64,000 bases of DNA from Chrysomallon squamiferum (GCA_012295275.1 CM022669.1:3286001-3350000), one strand, 5' to 3'. Counted from the first letter of the stretch, positions 1 to 12,804 are shown. Program-made: numbers and translations. Notes: a model not told the origin generated them from the sequence alone.

Positions 1-709
1 TGTTTGTTACTCTGAGGATTAAGTTGTTACTTAGCGGATTAGGTTGCAACCATTCTAATATTGTTTGAGCTACTCTGCTAGGCTGTTCCTGCTTTCCACA
101 GCTTCATCTCACATCTACCACACAGAAAGTCAGGCCAGTGTTTGTTTTCACAGGCTTTTTTCTTTCCCAGTTAGAACAGATTCGACCCCATGTTCCTGAT
201 AATATCCTGAATTTTTTGTAATTAACAGCCAGGAAGTACAGAAGTAAACAGTCCAGTTTTCTGTCTCTCATTTACTTGATAACTTTTTAATGAGGTTTAT
301 TAAATTACAAATATTTCTTATTTATCTTCGTAATTTTTTTATTAAAAATTTAACAAGTTTGTTGAAACAAAAATATCTGTTAGTTATTTTGAGGTCCTTT
401 GAAGTTTGTTAGAATTATTTTTAAGAAATTCTTTTTTTTTTTTATTAATTAGGTATATTTTATTTATATATATAAATTTCCTTTGATTACTTTAATTGTT
501 TTATTAGTAATGTTTACTCAAAATATAAATATCTGTTGTTTACTTTGATATCTTTTTAAATTTTTATTAGTACAGTTGAAATATAAATAGCTCTGCTATG
601 ACTGTTACAAGCTTTTAAATAGGTTTAGAGTATTTAATTAAAGTGTGAAGTTTATTATAATTACTTACAAGACTATAAATGCACAAAAACAAAAAAAAAA
701 AAACCTATC

Positions 710-740
<31 letters not shown>

Positions 741-1750
741 TTAGCATATTTAAAAAGGAAAAAAAGCTTAAATAATTGATCAGTTTTATACTTTCTTCAT
801 TGCATTATGTTGTTTGTTCTTTTGTTTTGTTTTCCTTGTTTTTCTTGTCACAAAATACTTTGGATGAAAATTCTTACAGTCTGTATATAATTTCATCTTC
901 ATTGTCAAACATTATACTTAGCTCCTTCACAAATTCTTTACATCCAAGGCTTCCATTTTTGTGTCAAAAACTTCCTAAACATTAAGTTGACTGCCTCGTT
1001 CTAACTTCACCAGCACTACATCTCGGTTGGGACCACAAGTTTAATTGAATTGGCTCTGGTTTATGCAGCAGCTAATACAATTATGGCTGGTTTGTATTTG
1101 AAACCAATTGGAAGTGACAGTCCTAGGTAAGGCAAGAGGGCTTTCTGGCCCCCAGCCATCCAGCCATCTGACACTGGAGATGATGTTTCCTGCCTCTCTC
1201 TATTGATTTCTAATCATTTCCAATTAATTGTCTTTATGATTTAATGAATTGCTGATCCACATCTTGGGGGAACCAGAGAGAGAGAAAAAAAAAAAAAACA
1301 CTGTTGCAAGAACTTGCAATGATGATAATGATTATACCAAAAGAAACAAAATCACAAAAATTGTTTTAATGGCTTAAAATATGTGGATACTTTAATGCAA
1401 AAGAGGTAATTTCAGTCAAATATAAATGCCTAAAATTTGAGGGGGTTTTCTTGCTCTTTCTTTGTCTTCCTGTGTCATATATAAAATTAATTAAAAATTT
1501 TTTTATTCACAAGCATATTACACTCATTACATTCACTATTACTTGCTCTGTGTGCATTCATGCATCTGCTTAACATATGTACATGTATATGTGTATATGT
1601 ATACGTGTATGTATATATGTGTGTATGAGTGTATATCTGTATGTTTCTCACACAGTAATAAACACATACAAACACAAATTCATGCATGTTTCATTTCTCA
1701 TTTTCAATAACAGTGTTTGATTAATATTGTGAATAAATTAAGAATACATT

Positions 1751-1781
<31 letters not shown>

Positions 1782-1823
1782 TTTTATTTTTTTTTTATTT
1801 TTTTTTTATTATTATTATTCTAG

Positions 1824-1890
1824 GAGAAACAGTTGGAAATTCAGCAAAGCAAAGCTGCACCATCAAGTGCTAAGAAAACCCGACCTCAGG
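1824..1890 (+). CDS. SCAPER: SCAPER penultimate coding exon (EKQLEIQQSKAAPSSAKKTRPQ+G, phase 0 to phase 1)
   Basis: T-rich tract and ttctag acceptor ending 1823; strong donor CAGG|GTAAGT at 1891. The 67 nt are open, and the leftover G joins AT at 4440 in frame with the SCAPER-like terminal exon. Confidence 0.78.
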
Positions 1891-3044
1891 GTAAGTTTTA
1901 TTTATTTATTTAGTTATTTAGTTATTTTTTAGCAGTAGTAACTCAGTGGTTTGACAACAGGTATGAGGCATGGTGAGACAAGGATCAGTTCTCTGTCATG
2001 CAACATTAGATTATTTCACATTACAGGCAGTGCTTTGTAACTGACTTACCAAATCCTGTTTTTATGTTTTTTTCTTGAGCATGAGAGGGTACATTTAAAA
2101 AAAAAAAAAAAAAGTCTTGTTTCTTATTGGGATTAGAAGTATGTTGAGATTGCAGCAATGAATTTTTAATAAGCATTAATTTTCAAATAAATGTAGCTAG
2201 TAAATATTTGATTCTTCAGTATAAAATGACATGATCATTCTTGTTTATTTTCCTGTTTTTCCCTTGTTTCTTGGTGTTCTTTTTGTTTTTTGTGTGTTTT
2301 TTTAAGACACAGTCCATATAACTAGTTCATCGTCAGAGGGCTGCTTTTATAGACACTGTCTTTAAATCTATGCATTTCATAAATTAGTTTAAGGTATAAA
2401 AAGGAACTTGTTACATTACATATTTATTGAAAGAAGTCAGCAATGGGAGTGTCTGGAATCCAGAGACCTGACAGGCTAACTGACACATTTGTCTTGTATA
2501 AATTTGTCTGAAATTATTTATTAAAAATTATAACTGTCAGATGCTTGACATGGTGTTAATCTTTATTAGAGCAAACAGAGGCTGTTTATTGCTGCTGTAC
2601 ATCCACTGCTGTGTCATACATACCTCCAGCAGGTTAAGTGCAGTGTGTGTATTTTCACTTGGTATAGCAGCCCTCTGGGTGTTCCTCATCCAGGTAACCC
2701 TGTTAGTGTCAGTTGGGTAATGCTTAATGCACCAGGCAGTGTTGATGGTACAGTCTTCATTAGAAGCTTCCACTGGACAGACTGGCCGAGTGCAGTTGTT
2801 TGTAAACACTAATAGAATTATGTCCATTCTGCATGGACTGCCTGCTGCCCTGTAACTGTGCAGAACTCCCATATCTGCCTGTTTGTTTATTTGTTAGTGA
2901 TCAGTTAAAATAGGCACTCAGCTGTGTTGTGTAACTAGGTGAAGCTGATAGAAATAATGGAGTAATAATAATTCTGGTTTACAATCATTCATAATATTGT
3001 TTAGATAAACAGTTCAGATGTCATAGACTTTTATAGATAAGAAT

Positions 3045-3120
3045 ATTATAAATCAGAATATTATGCTAAAAAATTATAAATCAGAATATTATGCTAAAAA
3101 ATTATAAATCAGAACATTAT
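3045..3120. repeat. 28-bp tandem repeat, about 2.7 copies
   Basis: Unit attataaatcagaatattatgctaaaaa starts at 3045, 3073 and 3101 (last copy partial). Confidence 0.95.
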
Positions 3121-4052
3121 ATTATAGGATATCTATTTATTTATTTTATTTATTATTATTATTATTATTGTGGGGTTTTTCTGGGGATTTTTTTTTATTG
3201 TTCTCATTTTTTATTTTTTTATATTTTTATTTTTTTTTGTGTTGTATTTTTTAACCTCTATTGTGAAACTAAATAATTTCTGGATCTGCATTATGTTAAA
3301 AAGAAAATAATAATAAATAAATAAAGTAAAAAAATTTTTATATATATTTTGGAATTTTTCTTCCAACTTCCTATGTGTCATAAAAACCACACAAAAAACC
3401 CACATATACATACATGTAGAAAAAAGAAAAGAAAAAAGAAAATATTGTAATTTTCCTGTAGATATTGAATGATGAACATGTGTTGCTGCCTGTCTACTGT
3501 TCCTTGACGGCATCCATTTCATCACATGTGTGAAATCTTTCCCATCTTAATGGCCAAAAATAAACAAACATGTTTTTGATTTGTTGTTGTGTTTATCTAT
3601 TTATCAGCTCAGTACTAGTCTGTTAAACTTTTCTGTGCTTAAAACATTTCACAAAACTGTGCCAGAATTAAGGTTTATTTTTCTTCACAATTTATTAAGA
3701 CATGATATGTTTAATTTATATTAACACAGCAGGGTAAACTGGTAAGAGTGGAAGCAGAGCATGGTGTCAAATATTACTTATTTATATAATTAGAGATGAT
3801 TTTTATTAAATTCCTAAGGTGAATTAGGGGATCAGCATTTTTTTTTTTTTTTTTTATAATTACTACCATGAGTTGACATTCTAAATGACAGTAGGTTTCA
3901 CAGATTATGCGGAATGTTATAAACAGACAGTATAAACTTAACACATACCTCAGATTATTGTTTTTAATGTAAATTTATAATTAATGAAGCATATATCCAG
4001 TAAATTTTCAACTGTCTTGACCAAAAGACCAAAGTATATAGTTTATCTGATC

Positions 4053-4131
4053 AAAAGTATTATTTTTATTGAGTCATAAAAGTATTATTTTTATTGAGTC
4101 ATAAAAGTATTATTTGTATTGAGTCATAAAA
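4053..4131. repeat. 25-bp tandem repeat x3, each copy containing TGAGTCA
   Basis: Unit aaaagtattatttttattgagtcat at 4053, 4078 and 4103 (one substitution in copy 3). Confidence 0.95.
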
Positions 4132-4439
4132 TTGTTTAAAGAGAATACAACAGCCATTCACTTTTCCAAATTTCTTGACGGGTGAAGATGTCGGTCTATT
4201 TTTGTCACAGAATAAATAATTGTTTCAGATTTTAACTATATTAATTACCATGCCTGCTGTAATCCTTATCATATACCATGTTATAAAACCTCAGCAGTAT
4301 ACTGTGCTACAGTGCTGAAACCATTACCAATATGCCTAACTGTGCTGACCACTGAAAAATAATTATCTTGTTTAAACTTCACTAACTTAACATTTTTGAT
4401 GTTTCTGGAAATGACTATTGTAATTATTTTTTGTTACAG

Positions 4440-4561
4440 ATAAAGAGTTCCGAGAGTCTGAAACTAGAATGAGTCTGGCATCTCGTTTTCCACCCAGTGA
4501 GTGGACTGCTGCTCAGGATTATTTCAAAGAAGATGACAATTCAGAATCCAACAACTCTTAG
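4440..4561 (+). CDS. SCAPER: SCAPER terminal coding exon (DKEFRESETRMSLASRFPPSEWTAAQDYFKEDDNSESNNS*)
   Basis: Acceptor ttttttgttacag ending 4439; TAG at 4559-4561. LASRFPPSEWTAAQDYF matches the SCAPER C-terminus as I recall it (human LANRFPQQAWEEARQFF). The position convergent with Islet fits the known Islet-Scaper pair. Confidence 0.87.
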
Positions 4562-4592
4562 CAATGCATCCAGTTTATTTCTCAACACTTAC

Positions 4593-4822
4593 CAGGGCCA
4601 GATCCAAAATTTCAGAAGGAGGCTATCCTTTTGGTAAACATAACTTTCTAGAAAAAATTAAATTTTGTTTCAAGCAATCAAAAATAACTGGTCAGGAAAA
4701 CAAGAAATGGGGGTTGTCCACTTGGATCCACTAACCAGGTTTGTCCCCCAGGTTGATCCCTTTGCCAGACTTTACCACAGCCGGATCCACTTGACTGATC
4801 TACCCCCTTAGATCTGAATGTG
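4593..4822. mobile_element. Decayed MITE-like element with a CAGGGGCGGATC-type terminus in the SCAPER 3'UTR
   Basis: 5' end CAGGGCCAGATCCAAAATTTCAGAA shares 19/25 nt with 49507. The distal part has several GGATCC/AGATCT motifs ending cccccttagatctg, resembling a degenerate inverted terminus. No TSD identified. Confidence 0.4.
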
Positions 4823-6459
4823 CACACCTGACATTTTCACTGTCTGTGATAAAAAGTAAATTTTCACAGTATTCAATCATCTGAACAATTAATAATAATC
4901 ATAAAATACGAATGAATAAAATATTTTAAATTATAGGTAATGGTGATCATGTTCTTCTAGACTAGGTTATGTTGTTTTACTTCTTCTAGACTAGGTTTTA
5001 TAGTTTTACAGTCTTCATACAAGATTAGATAATATGAAAAATGACCAATATATTTTTTAAATGTATTTTTCTTAAACAAAAATATTTACAACAAAATTTA
5101 TTCAATCTGCTAAGTACATTTGAAAAACTTGTTTCATTGTTATTTAATCATTTATTTGATAGAACCAAACAATTTTAAATAAAACAATAAATAAATAAAT
5201 CATGTTATTTAGTCCTGGTATTTATGAATGTTCATTTATCTAAATCCCTCTGTTTATTATTATTATTATTATTTATTTATCCAGTTAATGATTTATAAAA
5301 TTATTTATTTATTTATTTATTTAGTTAATGATTTATAAAAATATATTCTTGTTTCATTGTGTCAACAAAATTAAGCTCATCATCATAATAACTCCCTTTA
5401 TTTATAAAAACTGAATGTTTTATTTGTCACCAGTACTGAATACAGAACTCTTGTCTACCTTTTTATTGATCAATATGTCTCCTGTTTTATTTTTTTTTTT
5501 TTTTTAATCTTCTTTTTCTGTTTGTTGTGCTTGATGTTGTTTTTGTTGTGTGTGTGTTTTAATTTTTTATTTCTTTGTTTGTTTTTATTTTTTTTTATGT
5601 GATTTTAAGTTGTCTGTATTTGTTGTGTTTGTTGGATTTTTTTTTGTTACATTTTTTGTTTTTTGTTTGTTGGATTTTTGTTTGTTTTTTCAAAATTTGA
5701 TACCTGAATTATAAGACACAATAATGGATATATGTTTTCATTTTTTTGTAATCAGATAATGTGGTTTGCATACCACAGTCACACAAAATCAGTACAACAG
5801 AGATAGCCCCTATTCTCAGATTTGAAAATATCCAATCAGATTCTAGTTCAAGAAGATAAACACAAAAACATATTTCTGTTTTCAAATGCTATGCCATATT
5901 CACCCTTTATACCAGTTTTTTTTAAAATAAATTTTTGTTCTTATAAGACAAAAACACAATCTTTGATAATTAAATATTTTATTATATTCATATTTTAGTA
6001 ATTAATTTTGAACATTTTAGACCTCAAATAGTCATCATAATACTTACAGTTCAAATGTTTTACTTAAGATTTTTTAAATTTATTTACAATAATAATTTGA
6101 ATTATTCTTGGTTTTTCTTTTTATTTATTTTGTTTTTATATATTTTTTTACTTCAAAAAAATCTTCAGTCACATTGTATTTTGTGTAAACTACTTTCAAC
6201 TGTAATCTAACTGTATTTTAATCTGTGATATTATTTCAAAGTCAACATATGCAAGTGAACACTCAAGTTGTCAGTTATTGAAACTATTTTTGTACATTTT
6301 TCTTCAGATAGTTATCATGCATCAGGATATATTTGTAATGTGCACGATAAATATAGTCATCAGCATATCATTCTTTTCTTCCCACATAAATTCAAAGAAA
6401 TTATTGTTTTGCTTATGTTAATGTATTCTTAATGGTTGTTGAATATTAAAAAAATTTCA

Positions 6460-6872
6460 GAATGTGGCTTATGAATGAAAAACATCATATGGTGTATGTG
6501 GCTCCTGAAATAAAATACACAATATATGTTTTGTGAAAGGTTTGGCTTAGATATACATAAATATATGTATGATGCTTGTAAAAGAAGGTTTTTTTTGTAC
6601 AGTGTATGTGACTTATGGGGAATGTTTTTTTTATAAAAGTATATAGTTAATGGAAAATAAATCTGACATGTGGCTTGTGAAACAAAAGTGTTATGTAGAA
6701 AGTACATGCATGTTTATTGCTGAAGAAAAACATTTTACAATGTATGTGGAAAATGTTATAAAAACAAAAGGTTAAACAGTGTTTGTGGTTTACTGATGTA
6801 AAATGTTATCCAATGTATGTGGCTAATGGAAAGTGTTATTCAGTGTATGTGGCTTGTGAAACAAAAGTGTAC
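6460..6872. repeat. Degenerate minisatellite, core (CA)RTGTATGTGGCTTGTGAAA
   Basis: Variants of tatgtggcttgtgaa recur at about 30-70 nt spacing; atgtggcttgtgaaacaaaagtgt occurs twice exactly (near 6669 and 6847). Confidence 0.7.
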
Positions 6873-7137
6873 TTTTTTAAAGACAGAGGTGTAAATGTAA
6901 TTTATTTCGTATGGCAGTGGTTTGGTGTCAAATGTTTTTTTAATGTCTCTTTTTTTTATTATGATTTTGGTGGGGTTTTATGTACTTTTATACCTGATTT
7001 AGACTCTCTCTCTAACAAAGACACCCCACACCTACACACACATATACACAAACAAGCACAAACATACAGATTTAAATCATTTTTCTCTGTTTTTCAGGGT
7101 GATATGTGGTTATTTTCATTCTCTGTGTTGTATGATC

Positions 7138-7143
7138 AATAAA
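7138..7143 (+). terminator. Candidate distal polyadenylation signal of SCAPER
   Basis: AATAAA followed 20-50 nt later by GT/T-rich sequence (ttgatagtttttgttttcattgcttttt). It lies just before the end of the CpG-depleted domain. Proximal AATAAA motifs (e.g. 4915) also exist. Confidence 0.45.
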
Positions 7144-7904
7144 AATTGTGAATTAACATTTGATAGTTTTTGTTTTCATTGCTTTTTACAAAAACAAACA
7201 AAATTAAAACTGATTTTGCCTCATTTCACACACAATCATGACACTATATTTTATTCTTGAATACTGTCAGTTAATCTGGTTCTCAGATTTGTTTTTAAAA
7301 AGTAGTAAACGTAATAGTGGTTAGTATGAATATACTGAGACTGCGGATTACAAAATAAATTTGTTGTTGTCTTTTACATACGTTTCACACACAAAACACA
7401 TGAGCGTTTTAAATGCAACAAAAAGTTTTCTGAAATATTTATAAATTTTCACTTACATTATTTAGATGTAAATCGAGTTACAGCCTATTTCACATGAATA
7501 CAGTTATTTCCTCCAGACGAACGTGTAACTGCAAAATAAATTGAAAAGACCAATATATACGTCCTTGACCTTTCAAGCGATAATTAGACTGTTTCCGCGA
7601 TTGCTTCACATCAAAGAAATAATGAAAACATTGTTCTGATGTCAAAAGTAATTTCTCTGATGGCACTTTCGTGTTAACATGCCAGAGTCTTCGGACACGG
7701 AGAATGCTAGCATTCCTGTAAACTGATAGGAACTTGCCGTTATTCCAAGATATATTCTTTTAGTAAATTGGACAAGAAAACGAAAATATTCATTTACTTG
7801 GTTACCTGATAATGTCTAATCGAGTGATGCATCTTCTGCCAAATTTGTCAAAATTGTTCCCTTTCAGAACCATCAGAAAACGATACAGTGTGGACTAAAA
7901 GTGT

Positions 7905-8855
7905 TTCGATATAATGAACGTTATTCCGGAAAAGAAAAAGAAAAAGAAAACAAATATCTGTCGATCTATCCGTTATAATGAATGTGTATGTATTTCGAAA
8001 TAGTAAATGTTATTTTGTAAAATAGGTTTTAAATTATTCTCTGAATACATATAAATATAATGAATATTATTTTGTAAAATATTTTGATTTAACGAATATT
8101 ATCCTCTAAAAACATTTTGATGAAACGAATTGTACGTAAAAATATTTTGATACAAAAAACAAAATAAATAAATAAATAAATAAAAAAGTCTTGTACAACG
8201 AATATTATTATGTAAAAAAATGTTCTGACATAATAAACATTAAATATTATTAAATAATTAATCAATATGTTTGTCTTTCTTTTATAACGAAAATTTTGTA
8301 ACGAACTATTCTGATAAAGCAGATTTTATCCTGCTAAAATATAAAACTTTTCGGCATGGTTACCATAATTCTGCAAACATGTTTGATATAATGAATATTA
8401 TACCACTTTTCTTTTCTTCTCTTCTTTTTTTAGCGATCATTTTTCTCTAAAAACAGATCTGCAGACAGAACATTTTTTATAAAAATATTTATTGATATAA
8501 CGAACATTTTGATCAAAGAACATTATTATATTGTACACATAACTATTTTACATGAACATTCACTGAAAATATTTTGATATAACAAATATTATTATGTAAA
8601 CATATAGTTCCATAGAATAATAATAATAATAATAATAAAAACAAACAAATAAATAAATATATAATAAATAAACAATAGCAGTGGTAATAATAATAATAAT
8701 AATAAATAATAATAATAATAATAAATTCTATATAGTTCATTTTATCCTCAATTTTTGACGAAGTTTATCCATAAAATATTTCGTTATAATTAGTTTTATC
8801 TTGCTAAAATATATCACTATAACAAGCTTTATCCTCTAAAAACATTGATATACTG
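7905..8855. repeat. Degenerate ~30-33 bp minisatellite, consensus near GATATAACGAATATTATTCTGTAAAAATATTTT
   Basis: Many variants (ttgatttaacgaatattatcctctaaaaacatttt, ttgatataacgaacatttt, ttgatataacaaatattattatgtaaa), interrupted by AAT/AAAT tracts. Confidence 0.75.
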
Positions 8856-9707
8856 AGCAATAAAACTGAAAAAAATAATTTATGCATACAAATAAAAATA
8901 TTTGTGAAGAGAGAGAGACTGAGTATTGAAACAGAAAACACACAAACACAAAACAAACAAACACAAACAAATAAAATATTTTTATTCAGAGCTATGTAAA
9001 TTAAAATATTCTATCATGGAAATGTGAAAACAGTAAAAAATAGAAGAAGTGTCGAAAAAGCTATTAAAAAATCGCGTTTTCAAAAGAGAATCTAGACTTT
9101 AAGAAAAAGATATTTCAACATCAGTGGATTTAATGTTCGTTAAATAAATATAAATAGGTTGGCAATAAATAGAGGATAGGATGCTAGCTGAACGCACGAG
9201 AACCATCTGATCCATGGACAAAGTTAAAAAAACGTTTGATGTACCAATCGCAAGAAATTGTTTACGATTTAAAAAGCTACGAACAGGCTTAACAGATAGA
9301 AGTGTAACGAATAGAATTCTCCCTTCTCTTTAATCTATAAATTAATGTCAGTCACATTAGTCAGGCACTGAGATGCTTAAATTGACACTTGAACAAAAAT
9401 GATCTTTTACGTACGGGAGTAAATTTGGGATTTCTTTGGATCTTTGCGACAGTTTTTATTATTATTATTTATTTATTTTTATTATGATCACATTTTACAT
9501 TTAGTCCTCTCTTTCATCCAAATAAGATTTGTGTTGTTTAATGTGATAAAATCACAATAATTAGGATTACGACAAGGAGATGATTTCAGTGTAGTAGAGC
9601 CATATTAAAGAGACAATTTTGGTCGTTCTGCTGAGAAAACTGTTAATGTCGGCTGTCGTAACATTCAAACAGCAGACGTGTGACATCAGTGTGGCAGGCT
9701 TTTTGTG

Positions 9708-9742
<35 letters not shown>

Positions 9743-10150
9743 TTAAAGCGGCTATAGATTTGATAATATGAAGATATTTGTTCTTTTTAAAAAATGATTA
9801 ATATATTAAGGCTACACACAAACATACATATACACTCATACATACAAAATAAATTTAAAAAAATATATATATATTTTTTTTAAAAACATTACGAAATAAA
9901 TAATAATAAAAAATAAATAAAGCGGTTTACATCATTAATAGACTATTAACAATATTTGCGTATTATTTTTATACATGCATTAGAAATTATATATAACACC
10001 AAAGTACGTTTAAGTATTTTTATTACAATATGTTTCTGTCACCCAGATATTTAATATGCTCCTTTAAAGAATTGCTTATAAAATTTAAAATAACAACACT
10101 GCAAAAAATGTGACCGTTTTAGCAGATTATACATGCATGTACGTGCGTGC

Positions 10151-10181
<31 letters not shown>

Positions 10182-11168
10182 CGTATATGCATTTGTAATT
10201 TTACATAAGTATACAAGTATGCATGTATCCTTAGTTGGTTCAAAAAGAAAAGAAAATAACCATAAAAAAAAACAACAACAACAAAACAAACACACAAAAA
10301 AAAAAAAAAAAAAAAACGGGGGAAATAAAATTAAATAAATAAATAAATAAATAAAGAGGAACAAAAGGAAATGAAAGAGAAAACGCTATTAACACAAAGC
10401 CTGAGTGTGAAATGACGTAAAGATGACGTAACGTCATTGTTTCTCTATTCTCATCGCTGGTAGTTTACGGGTGTCGCTGAGTTCGCAATAATGACAACTG
10501 TAGTTCTGACACTGTAGTTAGAATCGACACAGAATTTTTGTTAAGGTAGGTGAATATCTGATATAATAATTATTAGTCATATAATCTTCAGTTCATTCAA
10601 TATTTTGAAAGACTGCATGATTCGCTAACTACTGCTGAAACAAGAGAAAATAATTATTCCTGAAAATGAAAATAATTATGTGATCTAATTATGCATTACA
10701 AATAATAAATAAATAAATATCAGTAGTTATATGAATAAATTATGTAAACAGACGAGAGTGAATTAAAGTGTATTATGTTTTTATCGTTTGTTACATATTG
10801 TTAGAATTTGAAAAACGCGTGTTGGTAACTAAATTTCTTTGTTTATGTTCACTGTTATTTTTTTTTATTGTGTTACTTACTTGATTTATATATAAATAAA
10901 TAAACAAATAATAAGAAAATGACAACAACAACATAATTCAAAAATAGAAAGCCAATTTTATCATTTATTTAATTAATTTTGTTATCTTGTTGATTGTATA
11001 TGAGTTTGTGAATACTTATGTGTACATGATTGTGTGTGTCTGTGTAAATATATATGTATACATGTATGAAAGTATTGCTGTTTTATGACTGAATTAAAAT
11101 TTCGTTGCTATATCTCTTAGAAAAACAATTCCGTAAAGATATTATTACAGTGCTATATAAATGTTCAT

Positions 11169-11203
<35 letters not shown>

Positions 11204-11511
11204 TTTGTTTGTTTGTTTGTTTGCATTTTTGTTTATATTACATTATTATTGTTGTTGTTGTTGTTTTTCTTCCTGTTAACGTAGTTTATTATTCTTCTCT
11301 CAGTTTTATATATTATTTTAAAATTATTTAGTTAGTTGGCTGAAAATAGCACAAAGAAATATAGAGCAAACTAGAATGGATGAAAATTGTAAATTACTTC
11401 TCACAATAAATAAATAAATAAATAATAATTGTATTACTATTATACTACTACTATTGCTGCTACAACAACAACTATTACTACTACTACAAATAATAAGTAT
11501 TAGTATGTGTC

Positions 11512-11513
<2 letters not shown>

Positions 11514-11594
<81 letters not shown>
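11514..11594. repeat. (AG)n microsatellite
   Basis: Perfect AG run of about 80 bp. Confidence 0.98.
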
Positions 11595-11599
<5 letters not shown>

Positions 11600-12089
11600 A
11601 AAAAAAGAAAAAAGAAGCAAAGGAAAAAAAAATAAACATGTATATTTAACAGTGGTTACGCTCTTTTTAAAATGAAGTTGGTCGTCAAATAACTACATCT
11701 GGCTATCGGATCATGTTACGCCTTCATTCACAAACGTGTAAACAACAGTCGACAGCGAACGATTCGTCCGATTGTGTCGAACAAAACCGTCTGCGGTCGT
11801 GGCTTATCGGAACATCTCGGCATTTGAACGCCCCCATTCACTGAGTATAGAGTTAGCGTGGCAAGGAAGCTCAGTCGTAAAATACGATGCGTAAATTTTT
11901 AAAATTAGAAACCATTTAACGGAAGCGGATTGTCATTTTATTTTACAAATAACAAAAGAACTGAATGTACTGTTATATTTTTTAATTTCGTCTCAAGCAA
12001 TTACGTTTAAAAATGTCAATTTATGTTTTTAAATAAACTACTGAATTACTGCGTTATGTAGTAATAATTACTCCACTCTCACAACTACA

Positions 12090-12142
<53 letters not shown>

Positions 12143-12748
12143 GTAACCAAAATTTTTAATGAAAACAAATTGTGGACACTGACATTTCAAATTTATTTAT
12201 TTTGAGGAAGACTATTAAACCATTTTCCTCTGTGTGTGCCTGAGAACCCTTTTGCGTTCGTGTGTTTTTCTTTTGATCTATATATTTCTTCTTAATTTTC
12301 AAAAATTGTAAGTGAATAATCTTTTAGACTGGTAAAAAGTACAAAATCTATTTTATTTTATTAAATAATTTAATGAATAATAAAAATGTGTTTCTTATAT
12401 TTGATACTGTTATTTACATTTATTATTTTATTTTATTTTATTTATCAAGATAAATAATTTAATACTATATTTATTTACAGTTTGAAGTTAGAAGCGCTTA
12501 CTGGCTTACCGACTTACGTTGTAATTCAAGTCCCGAAATGATAGATATTGAAATATATTTTTCCTAATGAAATTATTTTATTTTGTTTGTTTGTTTGATT
12601 TATTGTTTATTTGGTTTTAATTTGTTTGATGCTGTATATTAATGCTACATAAACAATGATTGGGGATTGATTAAAGATATAATTGAATCTATTATTATTA
12701 TTTATTGTTCAGTTGTTAATATTAATGTTATAATCATTCCTGGTGTTT

Positions 12749-12804
<56 letters not shown>

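Noticed and set aside
776-985. ORF ending HPRLPFLCQKLP, superficially like SCAPER's LQKLCQLPF motif
   Set aside because: Residue order does not match, it ends in a stop, and there is no donor linking it to the 1824 exon. Treated as chance.
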